IMG/VR virus record: IMGVR_UViG_3300044629_000131
Span: 20,027 to 84,026 of that record
Length of the DNA stretch: 64,000 nt
DNA from: a virus
Direction: 5' to 3' (one strand)
Positions 46,539 to 56,429 of the stretch are shown here, in pieces; position 1 is the stretch's first letter, and each line of letters starts with the position of its first letter. Position numbers and translations under genes: made by a program. Below the pieces are notes generated by a model, which saw nothing but the letters and a program-made list of their open reading frames with translations, did no database searches and was not told the origin of the DNA.

Positions 46539-47539
46539 ATACTATAGTCAAAGAAAGCGGTAATGAGTTTGCTGGTTTTGTTAGCGACGGGGTTGCTGCT
46601 GGCGACATTACATCTTACGTTGATACTGGCTCTTATATTTTTAACGCCCTCGTTAGTGGTTCGTTGTTTGGAGGTCTTCCTTCCAACAAGGTTACTGCCC
46701 TGGCAGGAGAATCAAGCACGGGAAAGACTTTCTTTGCTCTTTCTGTCGTTCGTAATTTCCTTGCTGCTAATCCTACTGGTGGCGTCATTTACTTTGAAAG
46801 TGAATCAGCAATTTCTCGTGACATGATTGAAAGTCGTGGGATTGATTCTAGACGCATGATCATCATGCCTGTGGGAACGATTGAAGAATTCAGGACACAA
46901 GCTTGTCGTATCCTCGACAAGTATATGAAAGAACCAAAGGATGAGCGTGTGCCCATGCTATTTGTTCTGGATAGTCTTGGTATGCTTTCCACCAGCAAAG
47001 AGATGGAAGATGTTGCCAACGACAAGCAAGTTCGTGACATGACTAAATCGCAACTGATCAAAGGTGCCTTCCGAGTGCTTACCCTGAAACTGGGTCAGGC
47101 AAATGTTCCTATGATCGTAACCAACCACACTTATGATGTGATTGGATCCTATGTTCCAACTAAAGAAATGGGTGGTGGAACTGGACTGAAGTATGCCGCT
47201 TCCACGATCATCTATCTTGGTAAAAAGAAAGAGAAGGATGGAACGGAAGTTGTTGGTAATATCATCAAGTGTGAAGCTAAAAAATCCCGTCTAACGAAGG
47301 AAGGTAGTAAAGTTGAAACCAGACTCTATTTTGATGAACGTGGATTGGATCGCTATTACGGACTACTGGAACTGGGTGAGGAGCACGGAGTATTCACTCG
47401 CAAGGGCAATCGTATCGTTGTTGGTGAATCCTCTGTTTATCCTTCCGTTATTCTTGCTGATCCCGAGAAGTACTTTACCGAAGAAGTAATGGCACAACTT
47501 GAAGAAGCAGCACGTAAAGAATTCTCCTATGGCAATTGA
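46526..47539 (+). CDS. uvsX: RecA-like recombinase UvsX
   Basis: [26 protein letters not shown]. Confidence 0.96.
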   Translation: MGFLDTIVKESGNEFAGFVSDGVAAGDITSYVDTGSYIFNALVSGSLFGGLPSNKVTALAGESSTGKTFFALSVVRNFLAANPTGGVIYFESESAISRDMIESRGIDSRRMIIMPVGTIEEFRTQACRILDKYMKEPKDERVPMLFVLDSLGMLSTSKEMEDVANDKQVRDMTKSQLIKGAFRVLTLKLGQANVPMIVTNHTYDVIGSYVPTKEMGGGTGLKYAASTIIYLGKKKEKDGTEVVGNIIKCEAKKSRLTKEGSKVETRLYFDERGLDRYYGLLELGEEHGVFTRKGNRIVVGESSVYPSVILADPEKYFTEEVMAQLEEAARKEFSYGN

Positions 47540-48917
47540 ACGTATCGAAGAAACTATCTTGCGTAATCTTCTCTTCAACGAGGAGTATTACCGCAAGGTA
47601 GTTCCCTTTCTAAAAGCAGATTATTTCAACGAATATCATGAACGCATCTTATTTGAAGAGGTTGCTGACTTCGCCAGTAAGTATGACAAAGTACCTACTC
47701 AAGAAGTTCTCTCAATCAACCTCCAATCTAGAAACGATCTTACAGAAGACACATTCCAGAGTTCGTTATCTACCCTCAAGTCCCTTGGAGACGAGTGGGT
47801 TGATTTCAACTGGCTCCTCGATGCCACAGAAAAGTGGTGTCAAGACAGAGCAATCTATCTCGCTCTCATGCGGTCCATCAAGATCGCAGATGGAGGTGAT
47901 AAAAAACTATCAAAGGATGCGATCCCCAGTATCTTACAAGAGGCCCTGGCAGTATCGTTTGACGAACACATAGGACACGACTATATTGAACAAGCAGAAG
48001 ACCGCTATGATTTCTACCACCGCAAAGAAGAAAAGATCCCGTTTGACCTTGATAAATTTAACTTCATTACGAAAGGTGGTCTCCCTAACAAAACTCTCAA
48101 CATCGCTCTTGCTGGTACGGGCGTCGGGAAGTCTCTATTCATGTGCCATGTGGCTGCTGCCGCCCTCACTCAGAACTACAACGTTCTCTACATTACATGT
48201 GAAATGGCAGAGGAGAAAATTGCTGAGCGAATTGACGCAAACCTATTGAATGTAAATGTCAAAGATATTGCTGAACTGCCTGAAGTTCTCTTTACTTCTA
48301 AGGTACAAGAGATCGCTAGAAAAACTAGAGGCAAACTTATCATCAAAGAGTACCCAACAGCGTCTGCTCACGTCGGACACTTCAAGGCATTACTCTCAGA
48401 TCTTTCCTTGAAAAAAGATTTCAAACCTGATATAATCTTTGTGGATTATCTAAACATTTGTGCGAGCGCGAGGTATAAGGGTGCGATTGTTAATTCTTAC
48501 ACGTATGTCAAAGCGATTGCTGAAGAGCTGCGCGGTCTTGCTGTGGAACATAATGTACCAATTGTCTCTGCTACTCAAACTACTCGTAGTGGTTACGGTA
48601 ATAGTGACCCTGACCTTACCGATACTTCTGAGTCTTTTGGTCTTCCTGCCACTGCTGACTTTATGTTTGCCCTTATCTCTACTGAGGAGCTTGAACAACA
48701 AGGTCGCCTCATGGTCAAACAACTTAAAAACCGATACAACGACCCAACTGCCTCTAGAAAATTCATGGTGGGAATTGACAGAGCGAAGATGAAGCTGTAT
48801 GATGTAGCAGACGATGCTTCCGCTATCAGCATTGATAGTGAAGACCCTGGCGAAGAGTTCGCCCAATTTGCCCAAACCCAAAACCGTTTATCTAAATTTG
48901 CTGAGTGGAATGTATGA
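47529..48917 (+). CDS. gp41: Replicative helicase gp41
   Basis: [38 protein letters not shown]. Confidence 0.97.
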   Translation: MAIERIEETILRNLLFNEEYYRKVVPFLKADYFNEYHERILFEEVADFASKYDKVPTQEVLSINLQSRNDLTEDTFQSSLSTLKSLGDEWVDFNWLLDATEKWCQDRAIYLALMRSIKIADGGDKKLSKDAIPSILQEALAVSFDEHIGHDYIEQAEDRYDFYHRKEEKIPFDLDKFNFITKGGLPNKTLNIALAGTGVGKSLFMCHVAAAALTQNYNVLYITCEMAEEKIAERIDANLLNVNVKDIAELPEVLFTSKVQEIARKTRGKLIIKEYPTASAHVGHFKALLSDLSLKKDFKPDIIFVDYLNICASARYKGAIVNSYTYVKAIAEELRGLAVEHNVPIVSATQTTRSGYGNSDPDLTDTSESFGLPATADFMFALISTEELEQQGRLMVKQLKNRYNDPTASRKFMVGIDRAKMKLYDVADDASAISIDSEDPGEEFAQFAQTQNRLSKFAEWNV

Positions 48918-49318
48918 CTATTGATTTTGCCCGTTATGAAAAGTTTGTGGATGCTGTTACTTCAGACGCTTCTACAGACTTTGTTGCCCTTTCTGATCGT
49001 CTCGTTGAGCTGGATCGTAAGGGTGCCAATATTGAACGACTGCTTACTGCTGGCGTCGGTATTAATGCTGAAGGTGGTGAGTTTCTTGAGATCATTAAGA
49101 AAATGATTTTCCAGGGCAAACCTTTCAACGAAGATAACCGAGAGCATATGATTATTGAACTTGGTGATCTCCTGTGGTATGTTGCTCAAGCAACTCAAGC
49201 ACTTGGAGTTTCTTTTGAAGAGGTGCTCGAACGAAATGTTAAGAAGCTTGAAAAGCGATATCCTGGTGGTCAGTTTGATATCTACTATAGTGAAAACCGA
49301 GAAGAGGGTGACCTCTGA
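48914..49318 (+). CDS. mazG: MazG-like nucleotide pyrophosphohydrolase
   Basis: AEGGEFLEIIKK, ELGDLLWY, NVKKLEKRYP. Confidence 0.92.
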   Translation: MTIDFARYEKFVDAVTSDASTDFVALSDRLVELDRKGANIERLLTAGVGINAEGGEFLEIIKKMIFQGKPFNEDNREHMIIELGDLLWYVAQATQALGVSFEEVLERNVKKLEKRYPGGQFDIYYSENREEGDL

Positions 49319-49323
49319 TTATC

Positions 49324-49357
49324 AACCTCCCTCTAAATACTAGCAGGGAGGTTTTTT
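49324..49357 (+). terminator. Terminator/RBS hairpin with late promoter in the loop
   Basis: AACCTCCCT-[CTAAATActagc]-AGGGAGGTT plus T-run; GGAGG in 3' arm. Confidence 0.8.
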
Positions 49358-49360
49358 CTT

Positions 49361-50860
49361 ATGACTAAACAATTAGATTTATCTGGATTTGGTGCTGAAT
49401 ATAAAAAAGCAATTCGTGATATTATGGATACTTTGGGAGATGAAAATTTCTCTTTCTATAATTTTGACGTAACAAAAATTGCCGACCCTACAGGCAGATC
49501 AAAAATTTTCTTTGCTCTTAAAGTAATTGTTCCGAGAGCAAAGAGAACAAAAGCAGCATCTATGATCGCGCAAAATGTTGCTAGTAAGGGTTATAGTGCT
49601 GTTGATACCAAAGGAACTGGCAACCAATTAGATATTGCTGTTGGCAGTAAAACTTTAAGAATTGATATTAAACCAGAAGGTGGTGGATCAGGAGGAGGAG
49701 CTGCTGAAACAGCAAGAAATGAAGCGGCACAATGTCTTTATGCTGCCCTTGCTTTCAATGTATACAGAGGAGAAATAGATGAAGATCATCCCATTTCTTT
49801 GAGTGATTTTGAGAAAGCATCAAGAACAATTGATGTTGATGTGCCTTTTGAGCAATTGCTCCCAGATGAATTATCAAGAGAATGGCAAATATCTTCCATC
49901 AGAGGAGCAAACAAATTGTGGCAAACCTTTCATAATTCTGGTAAGAATTATATTTTTTGTAGAGGTGGTGGACCAGACGATAAAGAAATTAAAAAAGCAT
50001 ATCAACGGGCTAGAAGAAGCATGATGAAAGATCCCAATGTTAGGGTAATCTTTTCTTCCGAAGATAAATGGAATCCAGCAGATATCTGGATGGTATCATC
50101 TACATTCAATCCCAGTGATTTGGATAAGCATAAAACTGTTGACACAATAAACGAATTTATAAAAGAAAAATATGAACAAAGAGAACTAATTGGTGTTTCT
50201 CTGAAAAAAATAAAAGGGCCAGCAAAACTAAAAGTTTTGAACTATGATCCAAATGATAAGATGAAAGAACTGGAGGATGTTAAGTGGGGACAATATTGGG
50301 TAAAGTTCAAAGATACTAGATTAGTTGGTGGTGAAGATGCTTTCCCGATGGATGTCTATCTTTATTGGAAAAAAGGTGGCGGAGACGCAGATAGATTTCA
50401 ATCAAGAAATTTTGGTGGGGCATCATCTCCTTCTTGGCAGATAGAAAAGAAAGGAGCATCTGCGGCGCAGGGTCGTTGTGGTGGTGGAAGTATTGTTGAA
50501 ATTTTAAAATCTCTCGATGTATCTTATACTGGTATTACAACTGGTTGGAACAATAGAACATTTTGGGCTGATTGTAAACCAACAAATAAATCCAAGAAGG
50601 ATCGTATTAATGATGAACTAGTTGAATTACTTGGTAAATATTGTGGCACAAATACAAAAACAGGATATCCTGGAGATGTACAAGCAAGAGCTGAAGTTGC
50701 TAATCAAACTCAATCTTACAGATATAGTAAATTGATGGGTCTTCGGTTATTGGATTGTATTTTAACTTCTGGAAAAGCAGATGAAATTATGAAAGCACTA
50801 TATTGCTATGCTGGATCTCAAACTGACAAATCATCAGTTCATGTAAAACTTATGGACTGA
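49361..50860 (+). CDS. 499-aa hypothetical protein, possible PD-(D/E)xK-like nuclease
   Basis: DKWNPADIW...LIGVSLKK; AT-rich; late hairpin control. Confidence 0.55.
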   Translation: MTKQLDLSGFGAEYKKAIRDIMDTLGDENFSFYNFDVTKIADPTGRSKIFFALKVIVPRAKRTKAASMIAQNVASKGYSAVDTKGTGNQLDIAVGSKTLRIDIKPEGGGSGGGAAETARNEAAQCLYAALAFNVYRGEIDEDHPISLSDFEKASRTIDVDVPFEQLLPDELSREWQISSIRGANKLWQTFHNSGKNYIFCRGGGPDDKEIKKAYQRARRSMMKDPNVRVIFSSEDKWNPADIWMVSSTFNPSDLDKHKTVDTINEFIKEKYEQRELIGVSLKKIKGPAKLKVLNYDPNDKMKELEDVKWGQYWVKFKDTRLVGGEDAFPMDVYLYWKKGGGDADRFQSRNFGGASSPSWQIEKKGASAAQGRCGGGSIVEILKSLDVSYTGITTGWNNRTFWADCKPTNKSKKDRINDELVELLGKYCGTNTKTGYPGDVQARAEVANQTQSYRYSKLMGLRLLDCILTSGKADEIMKALYCYAGSQTDKSSVHVKLMD

Positions 50861-50861
50861 T

Positions 50862-50920
50862 GGACAGTTTTGGAACTGTCCTGTGCTTCCTCCTAACCAA
50901 CCAAAATTGTGTATTATAGA
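50862..50920 (+). promoter_or_regulatory. Palindrome-box promoter 3
   Basis: Perfect GGACAGTT-N4-AACTGTCC, then TATTAT/TATAGA. Confidence 0.6.
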
Positions 50921-50923
50921 TAG

Positions 50924-52129
50924 ATGGCAAACATCAAGCAACTCAAGCACTTAGAACACCTTGAAGACGAGATGCTCAACTATGGGGTTGAGGGTTGTGA
51001 GGCAGCTGTATCTTTCCTTAAGGAATTGAGAAAGATGTTAGGACAGCAAGAGAGCACTGGGTTTATGCAGACCAAATGGGATGGAGCTCCTTCTGTTGTG
51101 TGTGGTGTGGATCCTTTATCTGGAGTATTTTTTGTTGGTACTAAATCAGTATTTAATAAAACTGAACCAAAACTGTGCGCTACAGAAAAAGCAGTTGATT
51201 CTTATTATGAAGGTGATCTCGCAGAGAAACTGAAATACTCTTTACGTTATTTCAGTAAGTTGGGCATTAAAGGTGTCATCCAAGGTGACTTACTTTTTAC
51301 GGATTCTACTAGGCACACGGAGACGGTAGATGGAGAACAACTCTATACATTTAGACCAAACACTATTACTTATGGCATCCCTACTGACCACGATATTGGT
51401 AAAGAAGTTGGTAGAGCAAAAATTGGTGTAGTATTTCATACTCACTACACTGGAGATTCGCTCGCAGAAATGCAAGCACGAGCTGGTGCTCCTATCAATA
51501 CGTTCAACAAAGTTCCTGAAGTAGCGGTGATTGCCAATGATACTCCAATGAATAGAGTGGGGTTTTCTAGGTCAGAAATGGCGCGGTTTGATAGGTATGT
51601 TGCTAAGATTGAACGTATGTCTCAGTTATGTGGAGACTTCTTGGACGATCTTGTTAGTAACTTTGGAACTACAGGAGATGCTAAGTTTCACATCTCTTCT
51701 TATCTAAAACAGTTCTTCAACAGTGAGATCAAGAATGCTCGTAGTATCAGTAACATTGATGAGACTATCAACGAGTTAGTAAATTTCTATCATGATAAGA
51801 TGAGTAAAGAACTTGCCAAGATCAAGACAGTTGATAACTTGACAAAGAAACGTAATCTTGTTTACAAGAGTGAGAACTATCTTCTTGATAATGTTTATAA
51901 ATTCAAGACCATGATTGCTCTATACAAAGAACTACAAGCAGTCAAACAAATGGTTATAGATAAGTTAGACCATCTTGAAGAGTTTAGAACTTTTGTTCAG
52001 ACCGAGAAAGGATATAAGGTCACAACTCCTGAAGGATATGTTCTTCATAAAGACGGTAGTATGATTAAGTTTGTCAATCGTCTGGAGTTTGCTTACAACA
52101 ACTTCACTCTACAAAAGCAATGGCGATAG
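50924..52129 (+). CDS. DUF6267-like conserved phage protein
   Basis: HLEHLED, TKWDGAP, VGTKSVFN, QGDLLF, PNTITY, PEGYV, KFVNRLEF. Confidence 0.75.
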   Translation: MANIKQLKHLEHLEDEMLNYGVEGCEAAVSFLKELRKMLGQQESTGFMQTKWDGAPSVVCGVDPLSGVFFVGTKSVFNKTEPKLCATEKAVDSYYEGDLAEKLKYSLRYFSKLGIKGVIQGDLLFTDSTRHTETVDGEQLYTFRPNTITYGIPTDHDIGKEVGRAKIGVVFHTHYTGDSLAEMQARAGAPINTFNKVPEVAVIANDTPMNRVGFSRSEMARFDRYVAKIERMSQLCGDFLDDLVSNFGTTGDAKFHISSYLKQFFNSEIKNARSISNIDETINELVNFYHDKMSKELAKIKTVDNLTKKRNLVYKSENYLLDNVYKFKTMIALYKELQAVKQMVIDKLDHLEEFRTFVQTEKGYKVTTPEGYVLHKDGSMIKFVNRLEFAYNNFTLQKQWR

Positions 52130-52680
52130 GAAAGACTTGCTACTTTACGTTTGGTAGGTTCCAACCACCAACGACTGGACACAAAGAAAACTTTGATGGT
52201 GTAAAGCAAGCAGCTGGCCAGCATGACTATCGCATCTACATCTCACAAACTGTAGATACGAAAGGCACTAATCCTTTGCCACCAGATGTGAAGCTTAGTT
52301 ACATGAACAAGATGTTTCCAGAACATAAAGGTAAAATACATTCTGGTCCTAAACAACCAGTCGAAATTTTACAAGACCTAATGCTAGCAGGATATGATGA
52401 AGTGGTATTTCTTGTGGGGTCTGATCGGGTCAGCGCCATGCAATTCCTCCATAAATACAACGGAAAAGACTTTTCTTTCAGAAACATTGAGATCCAATCT
52501 TCTGGAAGTAGAGATGCTGACGGTGATACATTCGCCATCTCAGGGACAAAAATGAGGAGAGCAGCATTTGCTGGCGACTTCAAAACATTTCGTTCTGGTA
52601 TTCCTAGAGCTTTGAACGATAAAGAATGTATGAATTTGATGAACGAAATCAAGAGTAGGTTACCAAAAACATTTAAATGA
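52120..52680 (+). CDS. Cytidyltransferase-like nucleotidyltransferase
   Basis: FGRFQPPTTGH, VGSDRV, ISGTKMR. Confidence 0.85.
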   Translation: MAIGKTCYFTFGRFQPPTTGHKENFDGVKQAAGQHDYRIYISQTVDTKGTNPLPPDVKLSYMNKMFPEHKGKIHSGPKQPVEILQDLMLAGYDEVVFLVGSDRVSAMQFLHKYNGKDFSFRNIEIQSSGSRDADGDTFAISGTKMRRAAFAGDFKTFRSGIPRALNDKECMNLMNEIKSRLPKTFK

Positions 52681-52904
52681 AAGACTTTAAGAAACTACGT
52701 GAAGAAGCCCTGCGTCAACAGCAAAGACAGCAGGAAGTTTTCAAAGAAGGTGATACTGTAATGTCTTCACGCAACGGTGAGAAAGGAACCATTCATCGTG
52801 TTGGTGGAAACTATGCCATCATCATTACAGAAGATGGTGAGATGTTCCGAGAGTGGATCAAGAATATCAGGACTATAAATAATACGAGAAGAACTTTACC
52901 ATAA
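52677..52904 (+). CDS. Small SH3/KOW-like protein
   Basis: FKEGDTV...GTIHRVGGNY; ATGA coupling. Confidence 0.65.
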   Translation: MKDFKKLREEALRQQQRQQEVFKEGDTVMSSRNGEKGTIHRVGGNYAIIITEDGEMFREWIKNIRTINNTRRTLP

Positions 52905-52906
52905 AG

Positions 52907-53650
52907 ATGAAGTACCAGAAACCAATTAATTCAATTCAAAACAGCGACGAGTTTTCATCTAATTTGATGGAAGCATACGGCAGGTGGATGGGAGGTGATT
53001 GCTTCCAGAATACTCAACCAGTAGATCTTCACCTTGTTGAAGCATTTGATGGTATGGATCCTCAATCACACGGCGCAGAGATTGAGCACACTACCACCAA
53101 GAAAAAGACTGCCAAGAAAGAAAGTCCAAAGGCACAGTTGGCAACCAAGGAAGAGTATGAGGTTCTAGAAACTGAAGAGTACGAAATTGATGGTGTCATC
53201 TATGTTCTTGAGAAAGTCAAGATGGATGGCAAAGATGACAACGGTTTCAAAACTTGCTGGAAAGGATATAAGAAGCAAGGTACTAAGGTAAAGGGTGATA
53301 AGGAAGTCAATAACTGCGTCAAGGCTGGTCTTGAGTATGAAGGTGAGGAAGACCTTGCTGAGGTTGCCCCTCCTGGTGCTAAGTCGGAGCGTATGGTCAA
53401 GCACATCAAGAAATCATATTCTAAAGATGGTGAGCTAACCGATAAAGAAAAGTCAATTGCTTATGCTACTGCTTGGAAGCATAAGAACAAGATGAAGAAG
53501 GAAGAAGTTGAACTTTCTGAGAAGATGGATCCTGTCGGCAAGGAAGATGGAGATATTGATAACGACGGTGATAAGGATAAGTCAGATAAGTACCTACATG
53601 CTCGTCGTAAGAAGATCAGCAAAATCATGGCGATGAAGAAAAAGTCATGA
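52907..53650 (+). CDS. Highly charged late protein, putative internal head protein
   Basis: TATAAATA ~52874; CWKGY, IAYATAWK, EEVELSE, DGDIDNDGD. Confidence 0.65.
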   Translation: MKYQKPINSIQNSDEFSSNLMEAYGRWMGGDCFQNTQPVDLHLVEAFDGMDPQSHGAEIEHTTTKKKTAKKESPKAQLATKEEYEVLETEEYEIDGVIYVLEKVKMDGKDDNGFKTCWKGYKKQGTKVKGDKEVNNCVKAGLEYEGEEDLAEVAPPGAKSERMVKHIKKSYSKDGELTDKEKSIAYATAWKHKNKMKKEEVELSEKMDPVGKEDGDIDNDGDKDKSDKYLHARRKKISKIMAMKKKS

Positions 53651-54039
53651 AATCCTTTAGACAGTTCTGCGAAGAGTGCGGTTGCGAAAAGAAAGAACGT
53701 AAAGGTAAGAAGAAAGCAACTGTTGAAGTGATGCCAACTGTTAAGGATGGTGTCAAGGGTATGACCACAAAAGTTACCAACGAAAACTTTGCTGGTAACT
53801 ATCCTGGACCACTCTATGCTCCTCACCCAGATATCAAAAGAGAAAACTATGATAAGGGTGAGTATGATTATGAAGGAGATATGGCAAAGACCCAACTAAA
53901 AGGTATTGCTAGAAATGCTCAAGAACTTCATGATATGCTACAACCTGCTGACAATCTACCAGAGTGGGTACAATCCAAGATAACCCTTGCGGCGGATTAC
54001 ATCCAGACGGCAAACGATTACATGAAGAGTAAGGGTTGA
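53647..54039 (+). CDS. Putative internal head protein
   Basis: MKSFRQFCEE start; EGDMAKTQL...LPEWVQSKITLAADY. Confidence 0.65.
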   Translation: MKSFRQFCEECGCEKKERKGKKKATVEVMPTVKDGVKGMTTKVTNENFAGNYPGPLYAPHPDIKRENYDKGEYDYEGDMAKTQLKGIARNAQELHDMLQPADNLPEWVQSKITLAADYIQTANDYMKSKG

Positions 54040-54070
54040 TAAATAGCTCTGTTCCATTCAGAGTAGAACC

Positions 54071-54244
54071 ATGGGCGCAGTAGTAGCGGTTGTAAAACCA
54101 ATTCTTCTTCAGATTGCTACACATCCAGCAGTAAAGAACCTTGTTCTTGAACTTCTTGGTAAGTATGTAAAATCAACGGACAACAGTATTGATGATGTAG
54201 TTTATGAATTAGTTAAAGATAAACTTTTTAAACCACAGGCATGA
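54071..54244 (+). CDS. 57-aa hypothetical protein (not in ORF track)
   Basis: MGAVVAVVKPILL...STDNSIDD; late promoter ~54039. Confidence 0.7.
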   Translation: MGAVVAVVKPILLQIATHPAVKNLVLELLGKYVKSTDNSIDDVVYELVKDKLFKPQA

Positions 54245-54405
54245 TTACCTGCTTAGTAACTAACTGGGGTGTAACCATAGTCCTAGGTCTTCTGCTAACT
54301 GCTTCTGAGTGGTTGGCAAAAACAAAAAGATTTGAGGAAAATGGATTGCTAGATTTAATTACAAATTTCTTAAAAATTCTATTGCGTAAGGGAGACCATA
54401 AATAG
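54241..54405 (+). CDS. 54-aa membrane protein, holin-like candidate (not in ORF track)
   Basis: WGVTIVLGLLLTASEWLA...NGLLDLI; ATGA overlap. Confidence 0.55.
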   Translation: MITCLVTNWGVTIVLGLLLTASEWLAKTKRFEENGLLDLITNFLKILLRKGDHK

Positions 54406-54419
54406 GGTCTCCCTTTTTT
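54388..54419 (+). terminator. Terminator with ATAAATA in the loop
   Basis: AAGGGAGACC-ATAAATAG-GGTCTCCCTT plus T-run; a second TATAAATA follows. Confidence 0.8.
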
Positions 54420-54461
54420 ATAAATAAATTTTAGAAATCGGTAAATATTTGGAGTGTATCC

Positions 54462-55376
54462 ATGACCCTGTATAGTCGCGCTGAAACAAACGCACAAAGC
54501 TTGACAGTCCTAAACACCACAGAGAAGAACTCTGTTGATAAGTATGACTGGGATAATACCCTGATTGTTGATGGTGACAGCACAGTTGCTGGTGCTCAGG
54601 GTTATGCTACTGCTGCTCGCAGAACTGTTTATATTGATGACGTAGAAGCAACCCTTGCTGAAAACAGAGAGCGTGGTTTAACTGCTCCTGGTTGGTGGGA
54701 GTATATGACTTATGTTGATTCTGATGGTAAGACCCGCCACAAAGCACAGCACCTAGTAGCATTCAAAGATGCTCCTGTTAATACTGCTGACCTTGATGAC
54801 GTTGTTGCTGCTGACGTAGCATCTGCTATCACTATCTCGGTACAACCTGCTAACCAGTCAACACAAACACCTGCTGGTGGAATTCTTACTGTTACTCGCG
54901 CAGGAACAGCAGCATCTGGTACAGCTTCATACACGGGAGTAACTGGTACGGCTTCTGGTTCTGGAACTAACGCTACATTTACTGTAGCAAGAGCTGGTGG
55001 AGTTTACACTGTAACAGTAACCGCCGCTGGTTCTGGTTATGCTGCTTCTGAAACTATCACTATTCTTGGTAGTGCTCTGGGTGGTGTTGATACAACCAAC
55101 GATCTTACAATTACAGTTGCTACTGTTGCTACTGCTGCTGCTACATTCTCGGTTACTGCTGCTGCTTCAACTGGTTCTCTTACTTACCAATGGCAGCGTA
55201 AGACAAGCAGCACCGCTCGCTGGACAAATGTTTCTGGTGCTACGAGTTCTTCACTCGCTCTCACTGGACTTACCACAGCAGCTAATGGTTATGAGTATCG
55301 TGTCAAACTTACATCATCTGCTGGTGCCGAAGAAGTTATCTCTGACGCAGCAACACTAACAGTAACTGCGGCATGA
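54462..55376 (+). CDS. Virion structural protein with Ig-like domain
   Basis: ITISVQPANQ...TFSVTA...LTYQWQ...GATSSSL...YRVKL; internal module shared with gp18. Confidence 0.75.
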   Translation: MTLYSRAETNAQSLTVLNTTEKNSVDKYDWDNTLIVDGDSTVAGAQGYATAARRTVYIDDVEATLAENRERGLTAPGWWEYMTYVDSDGKTRHKAQHLVAFKDAPVNTADLDDVVAADVASAITISVQPANQSTQTPAGGILTVTRAGTAASGTASYTGVTGTASGSGTNATFTVARAGGVYTVTVTAAGSGYAASETITILGSALGGVDTTNDLTITVATVATAAATFSVTAAASTGSLTYQWQRKTSSTARWTNVSGATSSSLALTGLTTAANGYEYRVKLTSSAGAEEVISDAATLTVTAA

Positions 55377-55381
55377 TCTAA

Positions 55382-55738
55382 ATGAACATTAGTGAATTGA
55401 ACCATGAGAATTGGTTATTCTTTGCCATTCAAAACTACAACAACCCGTCGTCAGTAACTTATAGTGATTTTGAAGAAGACTTAAAACGCTTCAAATATAT
55501 TAAAAGATTACTCAAGAGATACGAAACGACGGGTGAATTGAAAACCCATCTCATTCTAAATCATGTGATTGTACTTTATAATGTGTTTGATGACGCAGCA
55601 ACACCGCTGCTTTTTTATAAAACTGAAGCAACTTACTGGCCTCAAATCAAGGCATTCATGTTGTTTCTAAATAGATTACCATCTTCTCTTACTAAGGATT
55701 TTGACCAGGAATGTCTGAAAAGTCTGAACCTAATATGA
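55382..55738 (+). CDS. Conserved T4-like hypothetical protein
   Basis: FEEDLKRFKYIKRLL, LILNHVIVLYNVF. Confidence 0.75.
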   Translation: MNISELNHENWLFFAIQNYNNPSSVTYSDFEEDLKRFKYIKRLLKRYETTGELKTHLILNHVIVLYNVFDDAATPLLFYKTEATYWPQIKAFMLFLNRLPSSLTKDFDQECLKSLNLI

Positions 55739-56418
55739 ATGAAATGATGAATGTTGCTGGATCTGGTGAAGGTCTAGCACTACCACCCGCTTTTGTTATG
55801 GTAAATCCAAGACAAAATCGTAAGTATAAAAAATCTGAGAAAGTAGATGGTCGCACCAAAGGTGCTCGTGCTCTTTTCAATCGTATCCAACGCAGAAAAA
55901 TGAAAGAAGAATTAGAAACACAAATTGATGAGGCGCTTGTGTCCGATACTGAAAGGGCGCAGAAGCAAATCCAGCAACAGAAAAAACTCAATCGCTCAAA
56001 AGATCTTCAGAAGAAGCGCAAGGAAGCGAAAGAGAAGATGATGAACAAGACAAGAGAGATGGACACTCTCATGAAAGCTCGTCTCTCTGACTTCAAAAAG
56101 AAGGCATCAGAGCAGCAGAAAAAAGTTCAAAAAAACTCAGTTGAATTTGAAGGTAATGTTATGATGGAAGGACAAGATGTAATCCAAGTTGCTCTCGATG
56201 TAGCAACTTCTGAACTCAACCCAAGCGGCGAAGCATCATTCGCAAAGATCCAATTTGCTGACGGCGGTGTTCAGAACCTAGACAATTTCTCAGCAAAGCG
56301 CATCGCTGCTTGTTATGCTCAACTTGATGATGAGCACAAGCAACAGTTCCAGTATCTGCTAAACAAAGATGCGTCATCTTATCAGGCAGCACTGAACTTC
56401 GCAGTTCGTAACGTCTGA
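55735..56418 (+). CDS. Charged late protein
   Basis: ATGA coupling; VDGRTK; coiled coil; CTAAATA ~55667. Confidence 0.65.
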   Translation: MNEMMNVAGSGEGLALPPAFVMVNPRQNRKYKKSEKVDGRTKGARALFNRIQRRKMKEELETQIDEALVSDTERAQKQIQQQKKLNRSKDLQKKRKEAKEKMMNKTREMDTLMKARLSDFKKKASEQQKKVQKNSVEFEGNVMMEGQDVIQVALDVATSELNPSGEASFAKIQFADGGVQNLDNFSAKRIAACYAQLDDEHKQQFQYLLNKDASSYQAALNFAVRNV

Positions 56419-56429
56419 TAGAGGAAGTC

